Below, in pieces: positions 44,982 to 53,339 of a DNA stretch of 64,000 nucleotides. The notes below the pieces were generated by a model. The model saw only the letters and a program-made list of their open reading frames with translations. It had not been told where the DNA came from and ran no database searches. Both the position numbers and the translations under genes were made by a program. The number at the start of each line of letters is the position of its first letter. Within the stretch, counting starts at the first letter, position 1. Source of the DNA: an uncultured bacterium (GTDB taxonomy: Bacteria; RBG-13-66-14); assembly GCA_964436465.1 (NCBI GenBank), contig CAYTCV010000006.1, positions 523-64,522 of the forward strand, written 5' to 3'.

Positions 44982-46583
44982 CTATGCCGGTGCGCTACAG
45001 GTGACGTTTCCGTCCTCCTGCAGGAGCAGGGGACAGCCGCCGCCGCACAGGGGGAACTCGGCGCACTGGCGGCACTCGTCGGGGACCCAGTCCCGGTTGC
45101 GCAGGCTCACCGCCAGGGGGCTGTTCCAGATTTTCCCCCAGTCATCGGTGAGGATGTTGCCCATGACCTCGTAGTAGCTCTGGCAGGGCAGCACGTCGCC
45201 GTTGGGCTCCACGGCCAGGTTGTACTTCGCGGCGGAGCAGGTCTTTATCCCCACGCCCAATTCGAGCGGATTGAGTTCCTCGTAGCGCGTCGGGGTGTAC
45301 CACAGGAAGTTCAGCCCGCGCGAGACGGCGGCGGAGAAGAACTCCTCCACGTAAGGCACCAGCTCGGCCTCGGTGAAGGCGTCGGGGTTGCCTTTCCCCT
45401 TGCCGGAGTGAATCATGCCGTTGGCCGCCACCTGGGACAGCCCCAGGTCGGCCAGGAACTCCACCGTCCGCCGGAGATGGTCGGCGTTGCGCCGGGTGAT
45501 GGTCGTGTTCGTCAGGACGTAGAGCGGCTGCGCCAGGGCGTTCTTGATGCCCTGCACCGTTTCCTGCCAGGCCCCGGGAGCCCCCACCATGGCGTCGTGC
45601 ACCGCCTCGTCACAGCTCTCCAGCGTGATTTGCACGTGGTCCAGCCCCACCTCGACCAGCCCGGCCAGGTAGTCCTTGTCGGCCAGCTTGCGCCCGTTGG
45701 TCAACAGGCCGGTCACCAGGCCGATGTCCTCGGCGTACTCGATGAGCTCCCGCAGGTGGGGGTAGAGGGTGGCCTCGCCGCCGGTGAAGGTCACGTGGGG
45801 CACCCCGGCCTCCCACAGCTTTTCCATGACCCGGCGCCAGTCCTCCTTGGCCAGGGACGCCTTCCCCCGGTGCCCGGGGTCCACGTAGCAGTGGCCGCAG
45901 TCGGAGTTGCAGGCGTAGGTGAGAACGAGGTCCACCCGGTAGGGGGCGAAGGTCTCCACGCTGAACGGCTCGTAGCGGTCGAGGTCGAGGTAGGTCACGG
46001 GGCAGACGTCGCCGCCGCGGGCCAGCTCGGTGATGATGCGGAATATTTCCCGGTAATCGGCGAGGGCGATTTTCTTCGGGACGCTGTACCGGGCGGTTAT
46101 TTCCCGGACGGCGTCCCGGGGCGTGCGCTCCTCGACGATGAGCTTGGCGTACTCGGCGGCGGTCTGGTTCAGGTGGATGATTTTCGCGGCGTTGACCACC
46201 AGGGTGCCGTTGCCCGAGGGCTCGATGCGCAGGTGGACCCGGTAGCCCTCCATGGCGTCGCCGGAGCGCAGGTGGTAAATGCCGGGCTTGAGCGGCTCGG
46301 GCCGCTTGAGAAAGGATTCGACGAGGTGATGTCGGGCGGGGTGGTCGGGGTCGGCCACCTGACGCCGGCGGCGCAGGGTCAGTAGCAGAAGGATTACCGA
46401 GGCGATGAGACCCGCGAGGCCGAGGCCGATGAAAAGCCAGTTGACGATGCCCATCGGCCCGCTCTCGGCGACCATCCGCCCCTCTTCGGACCCGAAGGAG
46501 ACGAACAGCCCGACGAGGCCGAGGCCGAGACCGACCACCGCCATCACTCCCACCAGGACGAAATCGAGAGCGCCCCTCTTCAT
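44982..46583 (-). CDS. Membrane-anchored radical SAM/SPASM-domain protein with N-terminal PqqD-like RRE domain
   Basis: Two N-terminal TM helices (residues about 10-70). RRE-like segment GYRVHLRIEPSGNGTLVVNAAKIIHLNQTAAEYAKLIVEERTPRDAVREITARYSVPKKIALADYREIFRIITELARGG (compare PqqD LNETAA...DV.EFL). Radical SAM CNSDCGHC (CxxxCxxC). C-terminal Cys-rich SPASM (CQSYY..., CRQCAEFPLCGGGCP). Confidence 0.85.
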   Translation of the reverse strand: MKRGALDFVLVGVMAVVGLGLGLVGLFVSFGSEEGRMVAESGPMGIVNWLFIGLGLAGLIASVILLLLTLRRRRQVADPDHPARHHLVESFLKRPEPLKPGIYHLRSGDAMEGYRVHLRIEPSGNGTLVVNAAKIIHLNQTAAEYAKLIVEERTPRDAVREITARYSVPKKIALADYREIFRIITELARGGDVCPVTYLDLDRYEPFSVETFAPYRVDLVLTYACNSDCGHCYVDPGHRGKASLAKEDWRRVMEKLWEAGVPHVTFTGGEATLYPHLRELIEYAEDIGLVTGLLTNGRKLADKDYLAGLVEVGLDHVQITLESCDEAVHDAMVGAPGAWQETVQGIKNALAQPLYVLTNTTITRRNADHLRRTVEFLADLGLSQVAANGMIHSGKGKGNPDAFTEAELVPYVEEFFSAAVSRGLNFLWYTPTRYEELNPLELGVGIKTCSAAKYNLAVEPNGDVLPCQSYYEVMGNILTDDWGKIWNSPLAVSLRNRDWVPDECRQCAEFPLCGGGCPLLLQEDGNVTCSAPA

Positions 46584-46586
46584 GTT

Positions 46587-46988
46587 TTACACATACCCTT
46601 CGGGGTCGGTCACCAGGACGCACCGACCGTGAACCAGGCTCGCCCCGGCCTCCTCGGCCAACCGGACGACCGCGGAATCTTCGGCGCCCGGCTGCGTCCA
46701 AAACACTTTGACTCCCAGCTCCAGCGCCTCCCGCATCACCGCGGCGGTCCGCGGGGGCGGGGTGATGAAAATCACCGCGTCGGGCCTCTCCGGCAGCCCG
46801 GCCAGCGTCGGGTAGCACCGGTCGCCGTCGATTTCAGCGGCCTGCGGGTTCACGGGGTAGACCGTGTACCGGCCCAAAGATTTCAGGCGGCGGTAGACCC
46901 TGGAGCCGTACTTGCGTTTGTCGCGGCTGGCCCCGGCCACGGCGATGACCTTCGAACGGAAGAACGCGGCTATATCCTCGCGGGTCAA
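46587..46988 (-). CDS. CoA-binding domain protein (YccU-like), probable TTG start overlapping the upstream stop (TTGA)
   Basis: KVIAVAGASRDKRKYGSRVYRRLKSLGRYTVYPVNP...GDRCYPTLAGLPERPDAVIFITPP. The first 240 codons of the ORF-table entry lie in the overlapping frame of the upstream gene and are rejected. Confidence 0.55.
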   Translation of the reverse strand: MTREDIAAFFRSKVIAVAGASRDKRKYGSRVYRRLKSLGRYTVYPVNPQAAEIDGDRCYPTLAGLPERPDAVIFITPPPRTAAVMREALELGVKVFWTQPGAEDSAVVRLAEEAGASLVHGRCVLVTDPEGYV

Positions 46989-47866
46989 ATCCCGTGCAGG
47001 AGCCGGCCGCCCAGCTCCTCGGGCAGACCGGCGGCAATGATGCGCTCCGCGGCCCGCGGGATGTCGTAGGACACGCGGTGCAGCCGAATCATCAGGTTGC
47101 GGAAGCCGGGCGTGAACTCCAGCGTGGCGCAGCAGCTCTTGGGGTTGCCGTCCCGGGACTGGCCCACGCTCCCCATGTTGATGATGTAGCGGCGGAAGAT
47201 GCTCGGGACGTGCTCCTCCTCGGTGATGACCTCCACGTAGCCGTCCTCGTGCTGCTCGAAGATGACCGGCTGGTGGCTGTGCCCGATGAAGCAGAATCCC
47301 ACTTCCAGGGCGTTGAAGGCCCGCTCGATTTCGCGCCGGTTCAACAGGTAGTGCCAGCGCTCCGGCTCGTGGGGGCTCGCGTGGACCAGCCGGAACAGGA
47401 CGGTTTTCGACTTCTTGTGCCGGATGGGCTGTCCGTCCTCGCCCGCGTCCATTCCCATGGGGAGCGAGGCGATGTAGTCCACGTTCTCGCGGGTGATGAC
47501 CTCGCGGGTCCAAAGAATCGCCCGCGCGGCGAAGGAGTTGAACAGATACTCGGCGCCGGGGGTGATGGAGACGTGGTCGTGGTTCCCCTTCACCGTCACG
47601 GTGGTGGTCTGGGCCAGGAAGGCGACCAGGCGTTCCGGGTCGCTCAGGTCGGTGGAGGCGAGGTACTCGAGGACCTCTTTCTTGGAAATCCGCTTGTCCC
47701 CCTCGGCGAACCGCACGATGTTCAGGCACTCGTTGGGGCAGGCCCCGTAGCCGACGATGTCGCCGCCGCAGTATAGCGCGCTCACCTCCAGGCGCCGGAG
47801 GTGGTCCAGCACCATGGCCAGCGCGTCGAGGTTGGCGTGGATGTCGGAGAAGAAGCCGACTATCAA
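46985..47866 (-). CDS. Metallophosphoesterase (calcineurin-like)
   Basis: FSDIHAN, GDIVGYG, GNHD and GHSHQP motifs. Confidence 0.75.
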   Translation of the reverse strand: MIVGFFSDIHANLDALAMVLDHLRRLEVSALYCGGDIVGYGACPNECLNIVRFAEGDKRISKKEVLEYLASTDLSDPERLVAFLAQTTTVTVKGNHDHVSITPGAEYLFNSFAARAILWTREVITRENVDYIASLPMGMDAGEDGQPIRHKKSKTVLFRLVHASPHEPERWHYLLNRREIERAFNALEVGFCFIGHSHQPVIFEQHEDGYVEVITEEEHVPSIFRRYIINMGSVGQSRDGNPKSCCATLEFTPGFRNLMIRLHRVSYDIPRAAERIIAAGLPEELGGRLLHGI

Positions 47867-47906
47867 GTGTAACTCCGGGTCGAAACGGGTTAGCCGGTCA
47901 ATTCTA

Positions 47907-48605
47907 TCAGAAAACGCCGCCCGCGGCGAGATTGCTCAGCCAGAACCAGCCGTAGTAGGCGTAGGACACGACCAGAGGGATTAAAAGGTTGTCCCAGCCG
48001 CCGGGGAGGAAAAGCTCCGCCAGCGTCCCCAGGGCGCCCAGGCCGAGGGCCAACAGGACGTTGGTGACGAGTCCGTGCACCCCCACCAGGGTAAGAACCA
48101 CGAAGACCACCACGGCGCTCGTGACGAACATCGCCAGCGTGCCGACGAGGGTCTTGGAGCCCACGAGCTTCGCCTTCCCCCACTTGTGGCCGAAAACCGC
48201 CGCGAGCCCGTCGCCCCACCCCAGGACGAGGATACCCATGACGGCCACGTAGCGGAAATCGCCGGCCCCGATATTCGTCAGCCACCAGAAGTGCCAGGTG
48301 AGAATCGAGAGGCTGACGGCGAAGAACACGGTGCCCGGGCTCTTGTCCCCCGATTCCATCCCCTTGAAGAGGTCGAGCTTCCAGGAGACGTAGTTGATGA
48401 CGATGAAGGAAAGCGGGCCGATAATCGCGAAGTACCAGTCGTGGAATATGAAGAAGGCGAGGATTATCCAGTTGCTCACCCCGATGTGGATGACCTTGCG
48501 CGCCGCCTCGCCGGAGATTTTTTCCTTCCGGGCCAGGACGCCCGCCGTGCCGACGACCGCGAAGACCGCCGCGTAGGAGACGGCCAGGGAAATCCACTGG
48601 TTCAT
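47907..48605 (-). CDS. CTP-transferase-1 superfamily membrane protein (CdsA/dolichol-kinase/phytol-kinase-like), paralog 1
   Basis: Polytopic; KVIHIGVSNW...GWGDGLAAVFGHKWGK is similar to the polyprenol kinase/CdsA C-terminal signature. Confidence 0.5.
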   Translation of the reverse strand: MNQWISLAVSYAAVFAVVGTAGVLARKEKISGEAARKVIHIGVSNWIILAFFIFHDWYFAIIGPLSFIVINYVSWKLDLFKGMESGDKSPGTVFFAVSLSILTWHFWWLTNIGAGDFRYVAVMGILVLGWGDGLAAVFGHKWGKAKLVGSKTLVGTLAMFVTSAVVVFVVLTLVGVHGLVTNVLLALGLGALGTLAELFLPGGWDNLLIPLVVSYAYYGWFWLSNLAAGGVF

Positions 48606-48617
48606 GGAGCCTCCTTG

Positions 48618-49322
48618 TTACGCCAGGGTGAGGATGAGGTATCCGCCCACGCCGGCCACGACGCCCGTGATGATGTTGTCGAGCTGAACCGGGCTCACCA
48701 GCTCGGCGAGACCGACCAGCGCCCCGAAGCCCACGGCGAGGAGGTAGGGAAGCCAGCCGGTGAAGCCGAAGATAACGCTCACGATGACGAACGCCGCGAT
48801 GCCTCCGAGCACCCCGGCCGCGGTGCCGATTTTCGACCGACCGCGCGGGAGCTCGCCTTTGCCGTATCTTCGGCCCACCATGGCGGCGAGGCTGTCGGCG
48901 AAGGACGAGGGTATGATACTGAAGGCGGCCAGGGGTCTCAGTTCGATGCCCCGCCCCAGGTCGGTGAAGAACCAGCCGATGAAGACCGAGACGCACAGAA
49001 CGATGACCATCGCCACGCCGCCGAACCTCCCCCGCTCCGCATCCACGCTCGCCAGCAGCCCGAACCTCATCGACAGGACGGTCAGGGCGAGGAAAAACAC
49101 CACCGGCGCCAGCACCCAGTACCAGTCCGTAAAGAGCCAGGCCGCGGCCAGGGTGCAGGGGGCCACGCCCAGGCCCACGATGTTCCGCGCTGAAAGGTCG
49201 GATATGAGGCCCCGGGAGCGGAACTGCTCGACGACGCCAATTACCAGGAAAACGTAGGCGACGATGTACGCGATGGAGTAAATCTGGGGGATGGGCGGGG
49301 TCACGGGCAGGTGCACGGTCAT
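48618..49322 (-). CDS. CTP-transferase-1 superfamily membrane protein, paralog 2
   Basis: SSFADSLAAMVGRRYGKGELPRGRSKIGTAAGVLGG; the same superfamily signature as the neighbouring gene. Confidence 0.5.
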   Translation of the reverse strand: MTVHLPVTPPIPQIYSIAYIVAYVFLVIGVVEQFRSRGLISDLSARNIVGLGVAPCTLAAAWLFTDWYWVLAPVVFFLALTVLSMRFGLLASVDAERGRFGGVAMVIVLCVSVFIGWFFTDLGRGIELRPLAAFSIIPSSFADSLAAMVGRRYGKGELPRGRSKIGTAAGVLGGIAAFVIVSVIFGFTGWLPYLLAVGFGALVGLAELVSPVQLDNIITGVVAGVGGYLILTLA

Positions 49323-50329
49323 TATTTCTCTCCCCCGATGCCGGGCCAGCGCAGGTTCTTACGTACCCGGCGGCCGGTCTCCTCGAAGGGGTCCGCGCCG
49401 CCGAGAAGGCGTTCCCTCTCCCGCGGCCAATCAGGTTTCCCGGATTCGGCGAGCCAGCGTTCGGCGAAGGCGCCCGATTCGATTTTTTCCAGAAGCGCCC
49501 CCAGCCGTTTTCTGGTCTCCACCCCGATTACGTCGGCGCCACCCGTCGCCGCGCCGTAGAGCGCCGTGCCCGATATCGCACCCCGCATCCCCGCCGTTCC
49601 GCGCTCGTACATCAGGTCGGCCAGGAGCTTGAGTTGCATCAGGCACTCGATGTACGCCAGGCGCGGGTCGTGTCCGGCGCCGACCAGGGTGTCCCAGGCC
49701 GCCCGGACCAGCGCCGGGACCCCGCCGCACAGCACGGCCTGCTCCCCGAAATGGTCCACCACGGTTTCTTCGCGGAAGGTGGTCCAGAACAGGCCGCCCC
49801 GGGCGCATCCCACCGCACGGGCGTAAGCCAGCAGCCGCCCTTCCGCTGTCCCGGTGATGTCCCGTTCGACGGCCAGCGCCGCCGGCAGGCCTCTCGCCGC
49901 TAAAAAAAGCCCCCTCAACGACGCGCCGGGGCCCTGGGGCGCGAGGAGGGCGACATCCGCGTTCTCCGGTGGTGTAATCCAGCCCCAGGTCACGGCCAGG
50001 CCGTGGAGGAAAATCCAGAGCCGGCCGTCCTTGACTTTCTTGAAAAATGGGGCCGCGCCGGGGATTGCCTCGTCGGGAATCGCCCAGACCAGCACGTCGG
50101 AATCAGCGGCTTCGTCGAGGCCGCAAACGGACAGCTTCTCGGCGCGGGCAACCTCGGCGCTCGGAGAGCCCGGACGCAGGGCGACCTCCACGTCCACGCC
50201 CGCATCGCGCAGGTTCAGCGCGTGGGCCCGGCCCTGGTTGCCGAAACCGAGAACGGCCACCCGCCCCAGGTCCAAGGCGGGGCAGTCACTCTCGAAGAGG
50301 ACTCCCGCGTCTTTTTCCGTTTCGCTCAC
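49322..50329 (-). CDS. Ketol-acid reductoisomerase-like NAD(P)-binding protein (divergent class I KARI)
   Basis: RVAVLGFGNQGRAHALNLRDAGVDV matches the KARI GxGxQGxAxAxNLRDSG Rossmann signature; 335 aa. There are no ilv neighbours, and the start overlaps the metG stop. Confidence 0.55.
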   Translation of the reverse strand: MSETEKDAGVLFESDCPALDLGRVAVLGFGNQGRAHALNLRDAGVDVEVALRPGSPSAEVARAEKLSVCGLDEAADSDVLVWAIPDEAIPGAAPFFKKVKDGRLWIFLHGLAVTWGWITPPENADVALLAPQGPGASLRGLFLAARGLPAALAVERDITGTAEGRLLAYARAVGCARGGLFWTTFREETVVDHFGEQAVLCGGVPALVRAAWDTLVGAGHDPRLAYIECLMQLKLLADLMYERGTAGMRGAISGTALYGAATGGADVIGVETRKRLGALLEKIESGAFAERWLAESGKPDWPRERERLLGGADPFEETGRRVRKNLRWPGIGGEK

Positions 50330-52413
50330 GACACCTTCGACCCCGGGGGGATGTCGCCGTCGAGGGTCACCAGCCGCAGCCCGCCGTCCTCGGTCGTGGC
50401 GGCCAGGAGCATCCCCCGGCTCTCCACGCCCCGGAGCGTCACCGGCTTTAAATTGACCAGGACGACGATGAGTCGGCCGGAGAGGTCCTCGGGCGCGTAG
50501 TGCAGGGCGATGCCGGCCACGATGGTCCGCGTCTCCGCCCCGAGGTCCACCTCCAGGCGCAGGAGCTTGTCCGCCTTGGGTATCCGCTCCGCCGTGAGCA
50601 CCTTCCCCGCGCGCAGGTCCAATTTGGCGAAATCGGCGTACTCCAGCAGCGCGTCCGACAGGGGCACGGCTCGCCGAAGCACGTTCACATTCTCCTCCGA
50701 AACCTCCAGCGGGCGGCCCAGCTTGGCCCGTTGCTTTTCAATCTCCTCGGGCTCGATTTTCGTGAACAGGACCTCGGCCTCGCCGAGCTTCGTCCCCGCG
50801 GGGACGAGGTCGGGGCGCGCGGCGTCGTCCCAGCTCCAGCCCTCGAAGGCCGATTCGACGCCGAGCTGCTTCGCCAGCCGAGCCGCCGAAGTAGGCACGA
50901 AGGGGCTGCTCACGACGGCCAGGGACGCCAGGGCCTGGCACAGGTGGTACATCGTCCGGGCGCAGGCCGGGAGGTCGTCCTTGCGGGTGGCCCAGGGGCG
51001 CTCGTCGTCGAAGTACTTGTTGCCGGCCCGGGCCACGTCCATCATCAGCTTGGCCGCCTCCCGGAAACGGAATGCCTCGATGCTGCGGGCCACCTCGCCC
51101 GATAGCCGCGCCGTCTCGCTCATCAACGCCCGCGAAGCGTCATCCGGCTTTCCCGGCTCGGGGACGACGCCCCCGAAGTAGCGGTGGATGAACACGAGCG
51201 TCCGATGGACCAGATTGCCGTAGATGTCGGCCAGCTCTGAATTAATCCGCTCACCGAACTCTTCCCAGCTGAAATCGGTGTCCCGGGTCTCCGGCAGGCA
51301 GAAGGTCATGTAGTAGCGCAGGTAGCAGGCGGGAAAGGCGTCCAGCACGTCGTCCACCCACACGGCCCAGTTGCGGCTGGTCGAGAGCTTCTTGCCCTCG
51401 ATGTTCAGGAACTCGTTAGCCGGCACGTTCTCGGGCAGGACGAAGCGCTCGTCCTCCGGCACGGAGCGGTTGTAGGCGATAATCATCGCGGGAAAAAGTA
51501 TGGCGTGGAAAACGATGTTGTCCTTGCCGATGAAGTGGAACAGGCGGCAGTCGGGATTGAGCCAGAAATCGCGCCACGCCTCGGGCTTCCCGTGCTCCGC
51601 CGCCCACTCCTTGGTGTTGGAGACGTAGCCCAGGACGTTCTCGAACCAGACGTAGATGGCCTTGCCTTCCGCCCCCGGCAGGGGAACCTGCACGCCCCAG
51701 TCCAGGTCGCGGGTCACGGGGCGGTCCTTCAGCCCCTCCCGCAGCCAGGAGCGGCAGTAGTTGAGCACGTTATCCTTCCAGCCCACGGCGGCGTCCCGGG
51801 CTTCGAGCCAGTGCCGGACGTCGCCTTCCAGGTCGGATAGCCTGAAATACCAGTGGGTCGTCTCGCGCAGCTCGGGCGCGTTGCCGGTCAGCTTGCTCCG
51901 GGGCTCGATGAGGGTCCGCGCCTCTATCCAGTGCCCGCAGCTCTCGCACTCGTCCCCCCGCGCGTTCTCCGCGCCGCAATGGGGGCAGGTGCCCTCCACG
52001 TAACGGTCCGGCAGCCAGCGCTCCGCGCCGGCGTCGTAGAACTGCTCCACGGTCTTGGTGTAGAGGAAACCGGCGTCGTACAGGACGGTGAAGAATTTCT
52101 GCGCCGTGTCGTGGTGGGTGGGCGAAGAGGTGCGCCCGTAGCAGTCGAGCGAGAAGTCCAATCTCTCGAAGGTGCGCTTGATGCGCGGGTGGTGATAGTC
52201 CACGATGGCCTTGGGCGTGGTGCCCCCGGCGTCGGCGGCGAGGGTGATGGCCACGCCGTGCTCGTCGGAACCGCAGATATAAAGCACGTCGTTCCCCAGC
52301 CGGCGATGGTAGCGGACGAAGATGTCGGCGGGGAGGTAGGCTCCGGCGAGCTGCCCCACGTGGAGCGGGCCGTTGGCGTAGGGGAGGGCGCTGGTTACGA
52401 GAATCTTTTCCAT
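50326..52413 (-). CDS. metG: Methionine--tRNA ligase with C-terminal tRNA-binding (EMAP-like) domain
   Basis: ALPYANGPLHVGQ; zinc knuckle CPHCGAENARGDECESCG; GKKLSTSRNW (KMSKS-like); C-terminal KLDLRAGKVLTAERIP. The internal ATG at 52413 is used. Confidence 0.95.
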   Translation of the reverse strand: MEKILVTSALPYANGPLHVGQLAGAYLPADIFVRYHRRLGNDVLYICGSDEHGVAITLAADAGGTTPKAIVDYHHPRIKRTFERLDFSLDCYGRTSSPTHHDTAQKFFTVLYDAGFLYTKTVEQFYDAGAERWLPDRYVEGTCPHCGAENARGDECESCGHWIEARTLIEPRSKLTGNAPELRETTHWYFRLSDLEGDVRHWLEARDAAVGWKDNVLNYCRSWLREGLKDRPVTRDLDWGVQVPLPGAEGKAIYVWFENVLGYVSNTKEWAAEHGKPEAWRDFWLNPDCRLFHFIGKDNIVFHAILFPAMIIAYNRSVPEDERFVLPENVPANEFLNIEGKKLSTSRNWAVWVDDVLDAFPACYLRYYMTFCLPETRDTDFSWEEFGERINSELADIYGNLVHRTLVFIHRYFGGVVPEPGKPDDASRALMSETARLSGEVARSIEAFRFREAAKLMMDVARAGNKYFDDERPWATRKDDLPACARTMYHLCQALASLAVVSSPFVPTSAARLAKQLGVESAFEGWSWDDAARPDLVPAGTKLGEAEVLFTKIEPEEIEKQRAKLGRPLEVSEENVNVLRRAVPLSDALLEYADFAKLDLRAGKVLTAERIPKADKLLRLEVDLGAETRTIVAGIALHYAPEDLSGRLIVVLVNLKPVTLRGVESRGMLLAATTEDGGLRLVTLDGDIPPGSKVS

Positions 52414-52485
52414 CAATTTCCCCGCAGGTATACCCAAGAGCAGTGTAAGCGCAAAGTTTACCACAACCCGCGCGTCCGCGTCGCC

Positions 52486-52514
52486 TTGTCCGCTCCGGGG
52501 AGCTGTGCTAGAAT
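52486..52514 (+). promoter_or_regulatory. Candidate sigma70 promoter (TTGTCC-17-TAGAAT)
   Basis: The -10 element overlaps the ORF-table start 52505, arguing for the GTG 52523 start (short or no leader). Confidence 0.35.
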
Positions 52515-52522
52515 CCGCAGTC

Positions 52523-53323
52523 GTGCGGACTATATTGGCATCGGTTGTATTGGCCGTTTCCGCGGCGCTCCTCACCGGCTGCGGAGGGACGTCGCCGGTG
52601 CCGTCAGAGGAACGGCCGACCGTGCCCGGTCCGGCGCTTTACCATGAGCCGCCGCACCGGCTTGTGCCGGACACGGTCGAGCCGATTATTCTGGAATGTT
52701 TCGGCGCGCCGGTCGGCGACGTTTCGCCCTACTACCTGGGCCGCGAGATAATCGCCTGCCGTGCGGGATTGTGGCGGACGGATTATTCACTGGAAACCGG
52801 CGCCGGCTGGAGCGAGGGACTTCTCCTTCCCGGTCTGGTGACGCTGACCGTTCACCCGCCCTCGGGGGTCGAGGCGTGGGCCGTGGGGCGTCCGGGGCTG
52901 ACCCGCCGCGCCGACGTGCTCACCGACGGACCGTCGGTGGGCGTCATCGCCGTTATTCTGGCCGGTAGCGGGCTTTCCGACGGGGAGGAATACAGCCTGC
53001 CCGCCCGGGACCTGCGCCAGGGCGTCGATTACGACCTGGAAATCGTCATCGGCGGCCGCAAAGACGTAGAAACGGCCTGGGGCGAACGCTCGTGCCTGGA
53101 AGTACTCGTCGAGCCCCAGGGATTCGCCTTTTACCTGGATGATACCGGCTGGCCGTGGTCCGTCCGCTGGCCCGGCGGTTTCGCGGAGCGGGCCGAGTAC
53201 GGACGCCCCGCCCGGAGAACGACCTCCGTCGAAACGCCGGATGAGGAATCCGAGGCCGAGACGGCTCCGGTTGAAACCGAGACCGAGGAACCCGTCCCTG
53301 ATGACGCCGAAACCGGCGCATGA
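52523..53323 (+). CDS. Lipoprotein, hypothetical, acidic C-terminus
   Basis: VRTILASVVLAVSAALLTGC lipobox; C-terminal ETPDEESEAETAPVETETEEPVPDDAETGA. Confidence 0.5.
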   Translation: MRTILASVVLAVSAALLTGCGGTSPVPSEERPTVPGPALYHEPPHRLVPDTVEPIILECFGAPVGDVSPYYLGREIIACRAGLWRTDYSLETGAGWSEGLLLPGLVTLTVHPPSGVEAWAVGRPGLTRRADVLTDGPSVGVIAVILAGSGLSDGEEYSLPARDLRQGVDYDLEIVIGGRKDVETAWGERSCLEVLVEPQGFAFYLDDTGWPWSVRWPGGFAERAEYGRPARRTTSVETPDEESEAETAPVETETEEPVPDDAETGA

Positions 53324-53339
53324 AAAACAAGGAGACCCC

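Noticed and set aside
46587-47729. A 380-aa minus-strand ORF.
   Set aside because: Only the C-terminal roughly 134 codons (the CoA-binding domain) are credible. The N-terminal roughly 240 codons are an alternative frame of the metallophosphoesterase gene and give Arg/Pro/His-rich nonsense.
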